This document shows, piece by piece, positions 29,356-38,540 of a stretch of 64,000 nt of DNA; within the stretch, counting starts at the first letter, position 1, and each line of letters begins with the position of its first letter. A model generated the notes under the pieces. It was not told the origin of the DNA. It searched no databases and was given only the letters and a program-made list of their open reading frames with translations. The DNA is from Myxococcota bacterium (GTDB lineage: Bacteria; Myxococcota_A; UBA796; UBA2385). Location: assembly GCA_044344255.1 (NCBI GenBank), contig JBIJDH010000001.1, forward strand, positions 224,001 through 288,000, written 5' to 3'. The position numbers and the translations under genes are program-made.

Positions 29356-30611
29356 CGCTCCCCCACGCCGGGCAGCGCCTCCGGTCCGCGCGCGAGCTCC
29401 GCCTCCCGCGCCTCCAACAAGGCCCGCTCCCCATCATTCCCCGCTCTCTCGATCGCCCGCTTCAGCTCGATCGCCGCCTCCTCCCGCCTCCCCAGCCGAC
29501 GGAGCAGCTCCGCGCGGGCCGCGGGGAGCAGGTGCCCGCGGTGGAGCCCGGGGTCGTCGAGGGCGTCGAGCGCGGCGAGGCCCGCGCTGTCCCCCTCCAC
29601 CATGGCCACCGCCACCGCGCGGTTGAGCGCGACCGCCGGGCTGGGAGCGACGAGGCTGAGCTGATCATAGAGGCTGAGCACCCGCGCCCAGCGGGTCCCG
29701 TGGGCGGCCACATGCTCGGCGGCGATGGCGGCCTGGAGCGTATAGGGCCCGGGCGGCCCCAGTCGACCTGCATGGGCGAGGGCGGCGAGGCCGCGCGCGA
29801 TGCGCCGCCGGTCCCAACGGGAGCGGTCCTGGTCGGGGAGGAGGATGAGGGCGCCGTCCTCGGCGAGCCGGGCCCCCCGCCGGGCGTCTTGGAGGAGCAG
29901 CAGCGCGTAGAGGCCGAGGCCCTCGCGGTCGGCGTGCAGGCGGAGGACCAGCTCGGCGAGGCGGAGGGCCTCGTCACAGAGGTCACCCCGGATGGCGGGG
30001 CCACGGGTGGCGGCGTAGCCCTCGGTGAAGACGAGGTAGATGACGTGCCGCACGGCGTCGAGGCGTTCGGGGAGGGCCTCGGGCCCCGGCACCTCGTAGG
30101 GGATGCGCGCGTCCCGGATCTTCCGTTGGGCCCGGACGAGGCGCTGGGCCATGGTCGCAGGATCGACGAGGAAGGCCCGCGCGACCTCCTCGGTGGAGAG
30201 CCCGCAGAGGGTGCGGAGCGTGAGCGCCACCTGGGCCTCGAGCGCGAGGGCGGGGTGGCAGCAGGTGCAGATGAGGCGGAGGCGCTCGTCAGGGAGCTGC
30301 TCCTCGGGCGGGGGCGCCTCTCGCTCGGCGGACGCCGCGAGGACCGCGGCGCGGCGGTCGCTGGCGGCGTCTCGGCGGAGCTGGTCGACGAGGCGGAAGC
30401 GGGCCGCCCGCAGGAGCCAGCCCACGGGGCTCGTGGGCGGCGCCTCCGACCAGGCCGCGAGGGCGGCGGTGGCGGCCTCCTGGAGGGCGTCTTCGGCCCG
30501 CTCGAGGTCTCCCCCCGCCGTGCGGGCGAGGATGGCCACGAGCCGACCGTGCTCCTCCCGGAGGACCGCCTCCAGCAGCCCCTCCCCGGGGGTCCGCTGT
30601 TCCAGGGTCAC
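29310..30611 (-). CDS. ECF sigma factor with long C-terminal (TPR/DUF6596) extension, ECF42-type
   Basis: AEDALQEA, RLICTCCHPAL, TMAQRLVRA, YLVFTEGY, QDRSRWD, YTLQAAIAAEH; adjacent DGPF gene. Confidence 0.92.
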   Translation of the reverse strand: MTLEQRTPGEGLLEAVLREEHGRLVAILARTAGGDLERAEDALQEAATAALAAWSEAPPTSPVGWLLRAARFRLVDQLRRDAASDRRAAVLAASAEREAPPPEEQLPDERLRLICTCCHPALALEAQVALTLRTLCGLSTEEVARAFLVDPATMAQRLVRAQRKIRDARIPYEVPGPEALPERLDAVRHVIYLVFTEGYAATRGPAIRGDLCDEALRLAELVLRLHADREGLGLYALLLLQDARRGARLAEDGALILLPDQDRSRWDRRRIARGLAALAHAGRLGPPGPYTLQAAIAAEHVAAHGTRWARVLSLYDQLSLVAPSPAVALNRAVAVAMVEGDSAGLAALDALDDPGLHRGHLLPAARAELLRRLGRREEAAIELKRAIERAGNDGERALLEAREAELARGPEALPGVGERQRGPSGAGTPDPDP

Positions 30612-30961
30612 ATCCCCCGGCTGGGCAGCGGGCGCACCTCGATGGTCCCAAAGCGGGCGCTCGGGATCTTCGCCGCGATGGCCAGGGCCCGGTCGAGGTT
30701 CGCCACCTCGACGAGGAAGTAGCCGCCGAGCTGCTCCCGGGTCTCGGCGAAGGGGCCGTCGGTCAGGAGCGAGGCCCCACCCCGAACCCGCAGGCTGGTG
30801 GCCGTGCGCGTGGGCATGAGCTCGTCACCGCCCCGGAGCTCCCCGCTCGCTGCGAGCTCGGCGGCGAGGGCGCGGTACTCGGCGTAGATGAGGGCCCGCT
30901 CCTCGGCGGGGAGGGCCGCGAAGAGCTGTTCGTCGTCATAGATGAGGAGGAGGTACTGCAT
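30608..30961 (-). CDS. YCII-related (DGPF) protein
   Basis: TDGPFAETREQLGGYF, IEVRP. Confidence 0.95.
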   Translation of the reverse strand: MQYLLLIYDDEQLFAALPAEERALIYAEYRALAAELAASGELRGGDELMPTRTATSLRVRGGASLLTDGPFAETREQLGGYFLVEVANLDRALAIAAKIPSARFGTIEVRPLPSRGM

Positions 30962-30976
30962 GTCGGGCTCCAGGCT

Positions 30977-31726
30977 TCAGGCGCGGTAGGTCGGGGCGCT
31001 CTTCCAGACCGCCACCGCGGCGCCGGTGGTGTCGATGAGGACGGCGAAACGACCCATCCCGGGGATGTCGGTGGGGGGGCCCATGAGGGTACCGCCTGCG
31101 GCGGTGGCGCGGGCGACCGCGGCCTCAACATCGGGCACCGCCACGTAGGCGAGCCAACTGTTGGGCACGCCCGCCGGGGCCGTCATCGCGCTCGCCCGGG
31201 CCGTCTTGCCGGCGTTGAAGACGACCATGTCGCCCATGTTCTCAGCGGTCCAGCCGAAGATCGCGGTGTAGAATGCGACCGAGCCGGCGAGATCATTGGT
31301 CAGGAGCTGCGACCAGCAGAAGCTCCCGTCGGGGGGCGTGCTCTCGGTGTCGGTGGCGCCCGGATTGAGGCCGCGGAAGAGGGCGAAGGCGGCGCCGTCG
31401 GGGCTGGCGACCACGGCGAAGCGGCCGATGCCCGGCACATCCATGGCGGGGGTATAGGCCCGACCGCCGAGCGCCACCACCTGGGTGAGGCTGGCGTCCA
31501 CGTCGTCCACCGTGACGTAGTCGAGCCACATGGAGGGGGCCTCGGGCATCATCGGCGGGGTGAAGCCGCCCACCTGCTCGCCGTTGTGGAGGAAGACCTG
31601 GTATCCGGACGGATCGGCGGGGTTCATCGCCGTGTGGGTCCACTGGAAGGTGGCGCCGTAGAAGGCGGCGGAGCGGGCGGTGTCGGGGGTGGTGAGCTCG
31701 CGCCAGACAAATCGACCTGCAGACAT
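30977..31726 (-). CDS. Two-domain VOC/glyoxalase family protein
   Basis: GRFVWRELTT..FY..W and FCWSQL..FY..FGW repeats, GRFAV. Confidence 0.92.
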   Translation of the reverse strand: MSAGRFVWRELTTPDTARSAAFYGATFQWTHTAMNPADPSGYQVFLHNGEQVGGFTPPMMPEAPSMWLDYVTVDDVDASLTQVVALGGRAYTPAMDVPGIGRFAVVASPDGAAFALFRGLNPGATDTESTPPDGSFCWSQLLTNDLAGSVAFYTAIFGWTAENMGDMVVFNAGKTARASAMTAPAGVPNSWLAYVAVPDVEAAVARATAAGGTLMGPPTDIPGMGRFAVLIDTTGAAVAVWKSAPTYRA

Positions 31727-31772
31727 GGGGTGCTCCTGGGTTGTCCCCGCTGGAGCGCGGGGTCAGGCAGAG

Positions 31773-31799
31773 GTCGAAGCCCGACCGCCGAGATCGACA
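31773..31799 (-). promoter_or_regulatory. ECF42-type promoter TGTCGA-N17-CGAC
   Basis: Minus strand reads TGTCGA tctcggcggtcgggctt CGAC, preceded by an A-tract, about 47 nt upstream of the VOC start; resembles the ECF42 target motif as I recall it. Confidence 0.75.
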
Positions 31800-31824
31800 G
31801 CGCCTGAAACTTTTTGTGATTCGG

Positions 31825-32199
31825 CTACGGCGGGCCGTTCAGGCAGGAGAGGAAGCGCTCCAGCTCCGCCCGCTCCTCATCGGAGAGCCCGCCCCCCTGC
31901 GGCATCGTCGCCGCCACCAGCACGGACTGGCGGATGAGCTCGATCTGCGCCTTCACCTCGGCCTCGTCGTCGAAGGTGAGGGCCTCCGGCGCGCCGAAAC
32001 GCTGGGGGGTGCTGGCCGCATGGCAGGAGGCGCACCAGCTCCGAAAGAAGGGCTGCCCCCAGCTCGTCCAGGTCGGGTACGCCCCGTCGGCATCGGTGTA
32101 GCAGCCGACCTCCCCGCGGGTAGCGCCGGCCGTAGCGGGCTCCTCCTCCGCCCCACAACCGAGGAGGCCAAGGGCGAGCACCCAGCCGATTCTCCTCAT
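31825..32199 (-). CDS. Monoheme cytochrome c lipoprotein
   Basis: Lipobox LLGC; CASCH heme motif; MP distal ligand motif; 1-nt overlap with upstream stop. Confidence 0.85.
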   Translation of the reverse strand: MRRIGWVLALGLLGCGAEEEPATAGATRGEVGCYTDADGAYPTWTSWGQPFFRSWCASCHAASTPQRFGAPEALTFDDEAEVKAQIELIRQSVLVAATMPQGGGLSDEERAELERFLSCLNGPP

Positions 32200-33485
32200 C
32201 AAAGAGCCAACATCGCGCGCAGCGGGGCGACATCGGCACCAAAAGCCTCTATGGGATCGAGGCCCGCGAGCTCAAGCAGGGCCGCCCCCACATGGGCCGG
32301 CTCCAGTACGGTCCCACCCAGCGCTCCATCGGGGTCGAGCTCCCCCGTCTCCCCGACCACCGCTGTACCCACATTCGCCTCGTTGAAGGCGCCGATCACC
32401 TGTCCGCCTGCGATACCCCCGCCGATGAGCAGGAGCGAGGTGGTCATCCAATGGTCCTTGCCGAGGGAGCTGTTCACCCGAGGTGCCCGGCCCATCTCGG
32501 AGCAGACGACGATGGTGACCTCATCAAGGAGGCTGTTCCCCCAGGTCCCGGGGGTCGAATTGAGGCCCTCCACGATCTCCAGGAGGTTGGCGAAGAGCCC
32601 CTCAAAGGAGGGCGCCTGGCGCGTGATCTCCGAGTGGTGGTCCCAGCGCCCGTCGAGGAAGCCGCGGTCTGCCACCATGGCCGTGCGGGAGAGGCCGGAA
32701 GAGAGCAGCTCCACGGCAGACCAGAGCTGATCGATGCTCTCACCGCCTTCGAGCGAGAGGCCAGCCGCGGCGGCGCGGAGGATGTCGAGGTCATCGAGCG
32801 CCGTGCCATAAGCGCCGAGGATACGGGCCTCGGCCCCCTGTCCGGCGGAGCCCGACAGGCCAGCGATACGGGCCCGGATATAGGCATCCTCCAGGGACAC
32901 AAGCGCGTCAGAGGGCAGACGAAGCGCCGGCTCCGCCCCGACGACGCAGCTCCCATCGAGCAAAGCGACGAGCTGACCATTCGTGCCCACCCGCACGACC
33001 CCGCTCGACTGGCGGTGTACGAAGGCTGGGCCGGAGAGCACCACATGACGGAGGGGCAGGTGCTCGGGGGAGCCCGCGGCGATGCGGCTCGGCAGGTCCT
33101 GTCCGTCGGCCGAGGCGGAGCCGGTGAGGAGCAGGCGGGTGCAGCGGTCATGGGCGATGGAGCGGACCTCGAGACCGTTGATGAGGCAGCATCGCGACGG
33201 GTATCGCCGGAAGAGCTCGTCCACCGAGGGGCGGCCCGGCCCGGAGACCCAGGAGAGCCCTCCCGCGGACGCGGGCTCGGAGCCGTCGTCGGGCATGTCT
33301 ACGGCGGCATTGTCGAAGGCAGGGTTGAAAACCCAGGTCGGGTCCCAGCCCCCATCCGCGAAGATGAAGAGAAAACGCCGACCATTCGCCGGGACCGCCC
33401 CGCGAGCGAGCCCCGGCAGCCCGAGGCCGGCGCAGAGGCCGAGGCCAATCGGGAGGCGGCGGACGAGGTCACGGCGATGGAGCAT
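32199..33485 (-). CDS. DUF1501 domain protein with Tat-like signal
   Basis: HRRDLV signal, FLFIFADGGWD, WDHH, SEMGRAP, GKDHW, GGGIAGGQVIG. Confidence 0.85.
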   Translation of the reverse strand: MLHRRDLVRRLPIGLGLCAGLGLPGLARGAVPANGRRFLFIFADGGWDPTWVFNPAFDNAAVDMPDDGSEPASAGGLSWVSGPGRPSVDELFRRYPSRCCLINGLEVRSIAHDRCTRLLLTGSASADGQDLPSRIAAGSPEHLPLRHVVLSGPAFVHRQSSGVVRVGTNGQLVALLDGSCVVGAEPALRLPSDALVSLEDAYIRARIAGLSGSAGQGAEARILGAYGTALDDLDILRAAAAGLSLEGGESIDQLWSAVELLSSGLSRTAMVADRGFLDGRWDHHSEITRQAPSFEGLFANLLEIVEGLNSTPGTWGNSLLDEVTIVVCSEMGRAPRVNSSLGKDHWMTTSLLLIGGGIAGGQVIGAFNEANVGTAVVGETGELDPDGALGGTVLEPAHVGAALLELAGLDPIEAFGADVAPLRAMLAL

Positions 33486-33500
33486 GGGTGTCCACTAGGC

Positions 33501-35132
33501 TCAGTAGCTCAGGAATTCGGGGTCGCGTAGGAGCACACCCACGACGGTGGCCCAGGCCTCCCGACCGGAGCCGCTCTCGGCCTCGGCGGCGGTCCAGAGC
33601 CTGGTGAGGGCGGCAAGGGTGTCGGGGGTAGGGCGGATGGCGAGGAGGCGCCAGTGGAGCCCGGCCAGGGTCTCCTGAAAGGCGGGGTCTTCGGGTCGGC
33701 TCTGTTCATCGAGCTCACCGAGGAGGCGGGCCGGGCGCTCCCCGTCGAGGTCGTGGTCCACGGCGACCCGCGCGGCCACCTCGGCGACCCGAGCGCTCCA
33801 GAGGGCCCAGGTGAGACCGGGGGTGGAGGCCGGGGCGGTCACAGCCTCGCCGTCCACGGAGCCCGAGAGGATGCGGTAGCCGGTGCTGTCCTCGTCCTGC
33901 TGGTCAGCGCCGTCGAGGGTCCAGGACAGGCCGGTGAGCTCCGAGAGCAGGCTCTCCTGCTGGCTCCCGACGAGGATGCGGCGGGTGGCCTCGCGGTCGA
34001 GGTCTGTCAGGCTCGCCCCGCCGCCGAGGCCGCCGGCTCGATAGGACTCCCCATCGGTGATCACCCGAATGGCCGCCTTCAGCGCGAGGTCTTCGTCTAC
34101 GAATGCCTCGCGGGCCTCTCGGAGGAGCGCCCTATCGGTTTCTTCGACGGGTCGGCGGAGGAGGCCGCTCAACACGGTCTCGACGGCGCAGTCGAGGAAA
34201 CGGCCGTCCGCGGCGATGGCCCTGCCGAGTCCGCCGAGCCCCTCCACCGGCTCCCCATACCAGGCCGGGGAGACCCCGAGGGTGGTGGGACCGTTGGTCT
34301 CCCGTTCAGGGTGGTAACGGGTCTTCTCGATGGCGCTGTAATCATCGGCCGCGAGGAAGCCGAAGAGGGTGGCGGCGATAGGCTCGATGGTGGCGTGGCA
34401 GCCCTGGCAGGTGGGCTCGGTGAGGATGGCGGTCGCGGCGTCCTCGCTCCCGGCGGCGAGGGCCTCCGTGAAGACCACCGGGCGGCTGAGCAGGTCCTCA
34501 CAGATGAGCAGGTCGAGGATGGCGGCTGTCCGGCGCCGATTGTAGTTGTAGAGAGGGCTCGAATAACGCCACCAGAGCCCATTCGTGCTGAGCACCCCAG
34601 CTGCAGGGCGGTTGTCGGTGTATCGGGCCACCGTCCAATCATCGCCGGCCTCACGGTCGAGCGGGTAGATGGACTCGAGCAGCGGGTTGGCGACTGTCCA
34701 ATCTGCCGTGACCACCTCGACATAGGGCCGATCCTCGGCCACCACCCTGGCGACGAGGCGCAGCGGCTCCTGGCCGACGCTCCGCTGGAAGCTGTAGGTC
34801 TCCTCGTCGGGGAAGCCGAGATCGGCGGCGGTGGCGCTGTACTCGTCGAGCTCCATCCGCCAGCGCTCCTGGTAGAGGTCGACGAGGCGCTCGGCAAAAC
34901 GAGGGTCGGCGAGCCACTCCTCTCGGAGCGCGCTGAGGGCCTCCGCATCGGCCTCCGCGGCGTCGAGCTCGTCGGTGGTGGGCAGCACACCGCGCAGATC
35001 GAGGCTGAGCCGCCGGGCGAGGCGGGGGCGGTCGAGGGGGAGGAGGCTGGGCTCGTCGACGGAGGGTGAGTCCGCATCCGGGTGGCAGGCGAGGAGGAGG
35101 CCAAGCAGCCATAGGCGGAGGGGCGCGCTCAT
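33501..35132 (-). CDS. Lipoprotein of DUF1549/DUF1585/DUF1588-like (PSD) family with CxxCH
   Basis: Lipobox LLAC; RRLSLDLRGVLPT; CQGCH; adjacent to DUF1501 gene. Confidence 0.7.
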   Translation of the reverse strand: MSAPLRLWLLGLLLACHPDADSPSVDEPSLLPLDRPRLARRLSLDLRGVLPTTDELDAAEADAEALSALREEWLADPRFAERLVDLYQERWRMELDEYSATAADLGFPDEETYSFQRSVGQEPLRLVARVVAEDRPYVEVVTADWTVANPLLESIYPLDREAGDDWTVARYTDNRPAAGVLSTNGLWWRYSSPLYNYNRRRTAAILDLLICEDLLSRPVVFTEALAAGSEDAATAILTEPTCQGCHATIEPIAATLFGFLAADDYSAIEKTRYHPERETNGPTTLGVSPAWYGEPVEGLGGLGRAIAADGRFLDCAVETVLSGLLRRPVEETDRALLREAREAFVDEDLALKAAIRVITDGESYRAGGLGGGASLTDLDREATRRILVGSQQESLLSELTGLSWTLDGADQQDEDSTGYRILSGSVDGEAVTAPASTPGLTWALWSARVAEVAARVAVDHDLDGERPARLLGELDEQSRPEDPAFQETLAGLHWRLLAIRPTPDTLAALTRLWTAAEAESGSGREAWATVVGVLLRDPEFLSY

Positions 35133-36025
35133 TCGGCGCTCGCCGTGGTCAGCGCCTCGAAGAAGGGGGCGGGATCGATACAGAGCTCCCCCATCTCCTG
35201 CTCATCCTCGTCATAGAGCTGCCCGCAGGTCGAGCAGTGCTCGTCGAAGTCGAGGCGGTACCAGGCCCCGTTCGACTGTCGAATTGAGATGGAGCCCGCC
35301 CAGATCCCATCGGCACAGTCCGACGGCGCGATGCTGAGCTCATCAAAGAGCAGCGAGGCCCCGAGCAGGGTCGCATCTCCGCGCACCACCTGAAGGAAGG
35401 TGCCGGTCGTCTCCTGCCGACCGTCGATGCTGAGATCGCCGGAGAAGCCCTCTTGGAGCCAGGGGACGGTGCCCGCGCTGTCGAACCAGGTTCCGGCGAT
35501 GGAGGAGTTCCAATGAGACTCGACGCTGTCCCGAGAGAGGCTCTGGAGCAGCGTGCCGCCGGCGCTGAGCGCGCTCCCGTCGGGGCGGGTGATGACATAG
35601 TCCGCGGGCGCCGTGATCACGGTGTAGAACCCGGTCCAGCTCCCATCCTCTGCATAGACCCGTGTATCGGTGGTGGCGAGGCCGGCGGCCCCGGTGAAGA
35701 TGTAGCCTTCCTCGCTCTCGCAGCTCCCCACCACAGCGAAGCCCTCGACGAACTCATCACCTGGACAGTCGGTATCACCATGGCTCAAGAGCTCACGGTA
35801 GTCGGCCAGGACGGGCTGCGCGGTGGGGAGGCCATTCTGGAGGGCGCGCTCGAGCTCCGCCCCCACCTCCACCGCAGACCAGGGGGGCTCCACGCTGCCG
35901 CCCTCGATCAGGGCCGACCAGTCATCATCCGCGGTGGGGTCAAGCCACTCGGCGGCGGGCTCTTCACAGCTCACCGGCTCCGACGTGCAGGCCAGGAGGA
36001 GGATCCACACCCCATGACGGTACAT
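35129..36025 (-). CDS. Hypothetical Cys-rich lipoprotein
   Basis: Lipobox LLAC, several Cys pairs, ATGA overlap with downstream gene. Confidence 0.7.
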   Translation of the reverse strand: MYRHGVWILLLACTSEPVSCEEPAAEWLDPTADDDWSALIEGGSVEPPWSAVEVGAELERALQNGLPTAQPVLADYRELLSHGDTDCPGDEFVEGFAVVGSCESEEGYIFTGAAGLATTDTRVYAEDGSWTGFYTVITAPADYVITRPDGSALSAGGTLLQSLSRDSVESHWNSSIAGTWFDSAGTVPWLQEGFSGDLSIDGRQETTGTFLQVVRGDATLLGASLLFDELSIAPSDCADGIWAGSISIRQSNGAWYRLDFDEHCSTCGQLYDEDEQEMGELCIDPAPFFEALTTASAE

Positions 36026-36088
36026 CCAGGCAGGTCAGCCCGCAAGCAGGGGCCCGATATGCGAACATGCCGCTCCCCCGGAGCGACC

Positions 36089-37717
36089 ATGGCCCGCCTC
36101 ATCCCCCTGCTCTTCCTCCTCGCCTGCGGCCCTGAGAAGGGCGACGGGCGCTCGCGAGACGACGGAGGGCCGCTCATCGAAGACAGCGGCGAGGCCCCCC
36201 TCGACGCGGACGGGGATGGCTGGACGGAGGCGGAGGACTGCGATGACACCGATCCCGCGGTCCACCCCGAGTCCATCGACTGGCGGGACGACGGGAAGGA
36301 CAATGACTGCGACGGCACGCCTGACCCCACCCGCAGCGCCTCCGACGCCCCCGTGACCATCCAGGGCGGGCCCGGCGACTACCAGAGCTGGGGCCTCGCC
36401 CTCTGCGACCTCGACGGGGACGGGCTCGGCGACATCGTCACCGGCTCCCCCGGTAGCTCCGCCTATGCGGGGGATGTAAGCATATTTTTTGGCAAGAACC
36501 GCGAGAGCTGGACGCCAGAGATGAGCGCTGACGCGGGGGACGTGATGCTCGCCGGCCTCGCCCCTGGCGAGTTCTTCGGCATCGACATCACCTGCGGCGA
36601 CCTCGACGGAGACGGGCTCGACGACCTCGTCATCGGCAACGCCGAGCTCCTGAGCGCCGCCGCCGGCTTCACTGACCCTCACTACCGGGTGCGCACCTTC
36701 CTCGCCGCCAACGGCTGGCCTCGCCAACGCCCCGCGGCGGAGGCCGACCTCGACCTCGTGATGACCTTGGGCGTCCCCGACGTGGCCGAGATCGAGGAGC
36801 GCTGCTTCACCTCGGTCCACGACCTCGACGGGGACGGCGCGGGAGAGCTGCTCGTCGCGCTCGGCGGCGACGACACGGCCCGCTACGACGGGGAGCGCCG
36901 CCTCGTGGCCCTGTCCACGGTCGGGCTCACGGGCTCCGTCGAGCTCAGCGAGGTCCCCCACTGGAATTTCCGATTCCCCCAGCCCACTCAGCTCGCCCTC
37001 GCCCGTGGGGTCGATGACCTCGACGGTGACGGCAAAGGCGAGCTCTTCGCCCTGTCGGCCAATTGGACAGACAATGAGGAGGACCTCGACGCCTATGTGG
37101 GAGAGGTGGGGGCCCGCTCGGGGTTGCCGGCGGAGCAGGGCGAGCAGGAGTGGGACCCGGGAGAGGTCTTCACGCTGCGCGGCGAAGGGGCCTCCGAGGC
37201 GCTCGGCACGGAGGCGGCCTTCGATGACTTCGACGGGGACGGCCTCCTCGACGGGGTCTTCCCGGTGGTGGGCGACGACACCTACGCCGTCGACGGCGGG
37301 GGCCTCCTCCTCGTCACAGACCTCGGCGCCGCCTTTGGCGCCGGGCTCCAGCTCCAGTCCGACCGCTCGGGCCCGATCATCGGGGGGGACACCAGCACCG
37401 GCTACTACGGCTACCGCCTCGCCCCCGCCGGAGACGTAGACGGCGACGGCGTCCGCGACCTCTGGGCCGCCTGGTTCGCCGACGCCGACGGCCTCGGACG
37501 CCTCGATCTCCTCTCCGGCGCCGCCCTCCAGTCCGGCGGCCTCGGCCCCGCGCTCGCCCGCCTCGAGTGGACCTCCGAGGCCGACCCCTACTTCGGCTAT
37601 CGGGTGGTCTCTGGGCAAGACATCGACGGTGACGGCATCTTCGACGTGGTCGTGTCCTGGCTCGGACAGGGCGCCTTCGCCGGGCGGACGGTGGTGCTCC
37701 TGTCCACGACCTGGTGA
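36089..37717 (+). CDS. FG-GAP/integrin-alpha-like repeat lipoprotein with MopE-like motif
   Basis: Lipobox LLAC; DADGDG..DCDD..VHP; about seven D-x-DGDG-x-x-D/E repeats. Confidence 0.85.
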   Translation: MARLIPLLFLLACGPEKGDGRSRDDGGPLIEDSGEAPLDADGDGWTEAEDCDDTDPAVHPESIDWRDDGKDNDCDGTPDPTRSASDAPVTIQGGPGDYQSWGLALCDLDGDGLGDIVTGSPGSSAYAGDVSIFFGKNRESWTPEMSADAGDVMLAGLAPGEFFGIDITCGDLDGDGLDDLVIGNAELLSAAAGFTDPHYRVRTFLAANGWPRQRPAAEADLDLVMTLGVPDVAEIEERCFTSVHDLDGDGAGELLVALGGDDTARYDGERRLVALSTVGLTGSVELSEVPHWNFRFPQPTQLALARGVDDLDGDGKGELFALSANWTDNEEDLDAYVGEVGARSGLPAEQGEQEWDPGEVFTLRGEGASEALGTEAAFDDFDGDGLLDGVFPVVGDDTYAVDGGGLLLVTDLGAAFGAGLQLQSDRSGPIIGGDTSTGYYGYRLAPAGDVDGDGVRDLWAAWFADADGLGRLDLLSGAALQSGGLGPALARLEWTSEADPYFGYRVVSGQDIDGDGIFDVVVSWLGQGAFAGRTVVLLSTTW

Positions 37718-37757
37718 GCGGAGGGGGCGGCGAGGCACCGTGGGGGCGGCGGCCGAC

Positions 37758-38534
37758 CTAACCTTCGAACGGAGGGCTGCCCGTTCGGCGCAGCGCCTCC
37801 ATCAGATCAGCGCTCTGGCGCATCTCTTCGACGGCAGCGTGGTAGGACTTCCCCACCCGATGAACCTCCTCGGCCGGCCAGGCCTTCTCCGCGAGTCGGC
37901 GGTTGTAGCTATCTCTCAGCCACTGAAGGTGCTCTTTTGGACGCGCAAGCTCATCGAGCCTCCCGCGGTCGGCTCTCCAGCACGTCACTTCCTTCCGGCG
38001 CGCCTGCGAGTTCGGCAGTTCGTCGGCGATTCGATCCAGCTCATCGAGGTTCTGGTAGAGCCATGCCTCGATGCTGTAATAGGGCACAATGAGGAAGAGA
38101 TGCTTACACAAGCGGTCGGCCGCCGCGTCGCTCTGCCCCAGGTCCTTGATGGCCCTCCGCACCGTCTGAAACATGTCCGTCCGGTACCTCTCCGGGTTCT
38201 CAGCGGTCTCACGCCCCGCCCAGGGTCGATCACCATCGACATGGTGATCGACGAAGTGAGCGTCCGGCCGCGCGGTCAGGTGTCGGGCGATCGCGCGGGC
38301 CAGCGTGATTCGTCCATGGCGGCTATCCCTCCCGCTCCCCTTCCAGAGGTTTGAGCTCAGGATAGGTCGCCAACCGGGCTGATCGGGCAGAAATTCGATC
38401 CGGTGGGTCTGGGTGTCGCTGTCGAGGACATCGACGAAGGTGCGCTTGAGCAGGCAACTCCAAATGTGCGCGCGGTGCTTGTCTCCGTCCTCAGATAGGA
38501 TGAGGATGGAGAGGGGGTAGCTCGACTCAGGCAA
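37758..38534 (-). CDS. Putative TOPRIM-fold nuclease-like protein (DUF4276/RloB-like)
   Basis: LSILILSED acidic motif after first strand, HVDGD (DxD), YSIEAWLY; directly downstream of ABC ATPase. Confidence 0.6.
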   Translation of the reverse strand: MPESSYPLSILILSEDGDKHRAHIWSCLLKRTFVDVLDSDTQTHRIEFLPDQPGWRPILSSNLWKGSGRDSRHGRITLARAIARHLTARPDAHFVDHHVDGDRPWAGRETAENPERYRTDMFQTVRRAIKDLGQSDAAADRLCKHLFLIVPYYSIEAWLYQNLDELDRIADELPNSQARRKEVTCWRADRGRLDELARPKEHLQWLRDSYNRRLAEKAWPAEEVHRVGKSYHAAVEEMRQSADLMEALRRTGSPPFEG

Positions 38535-38540
38535 AACAGC

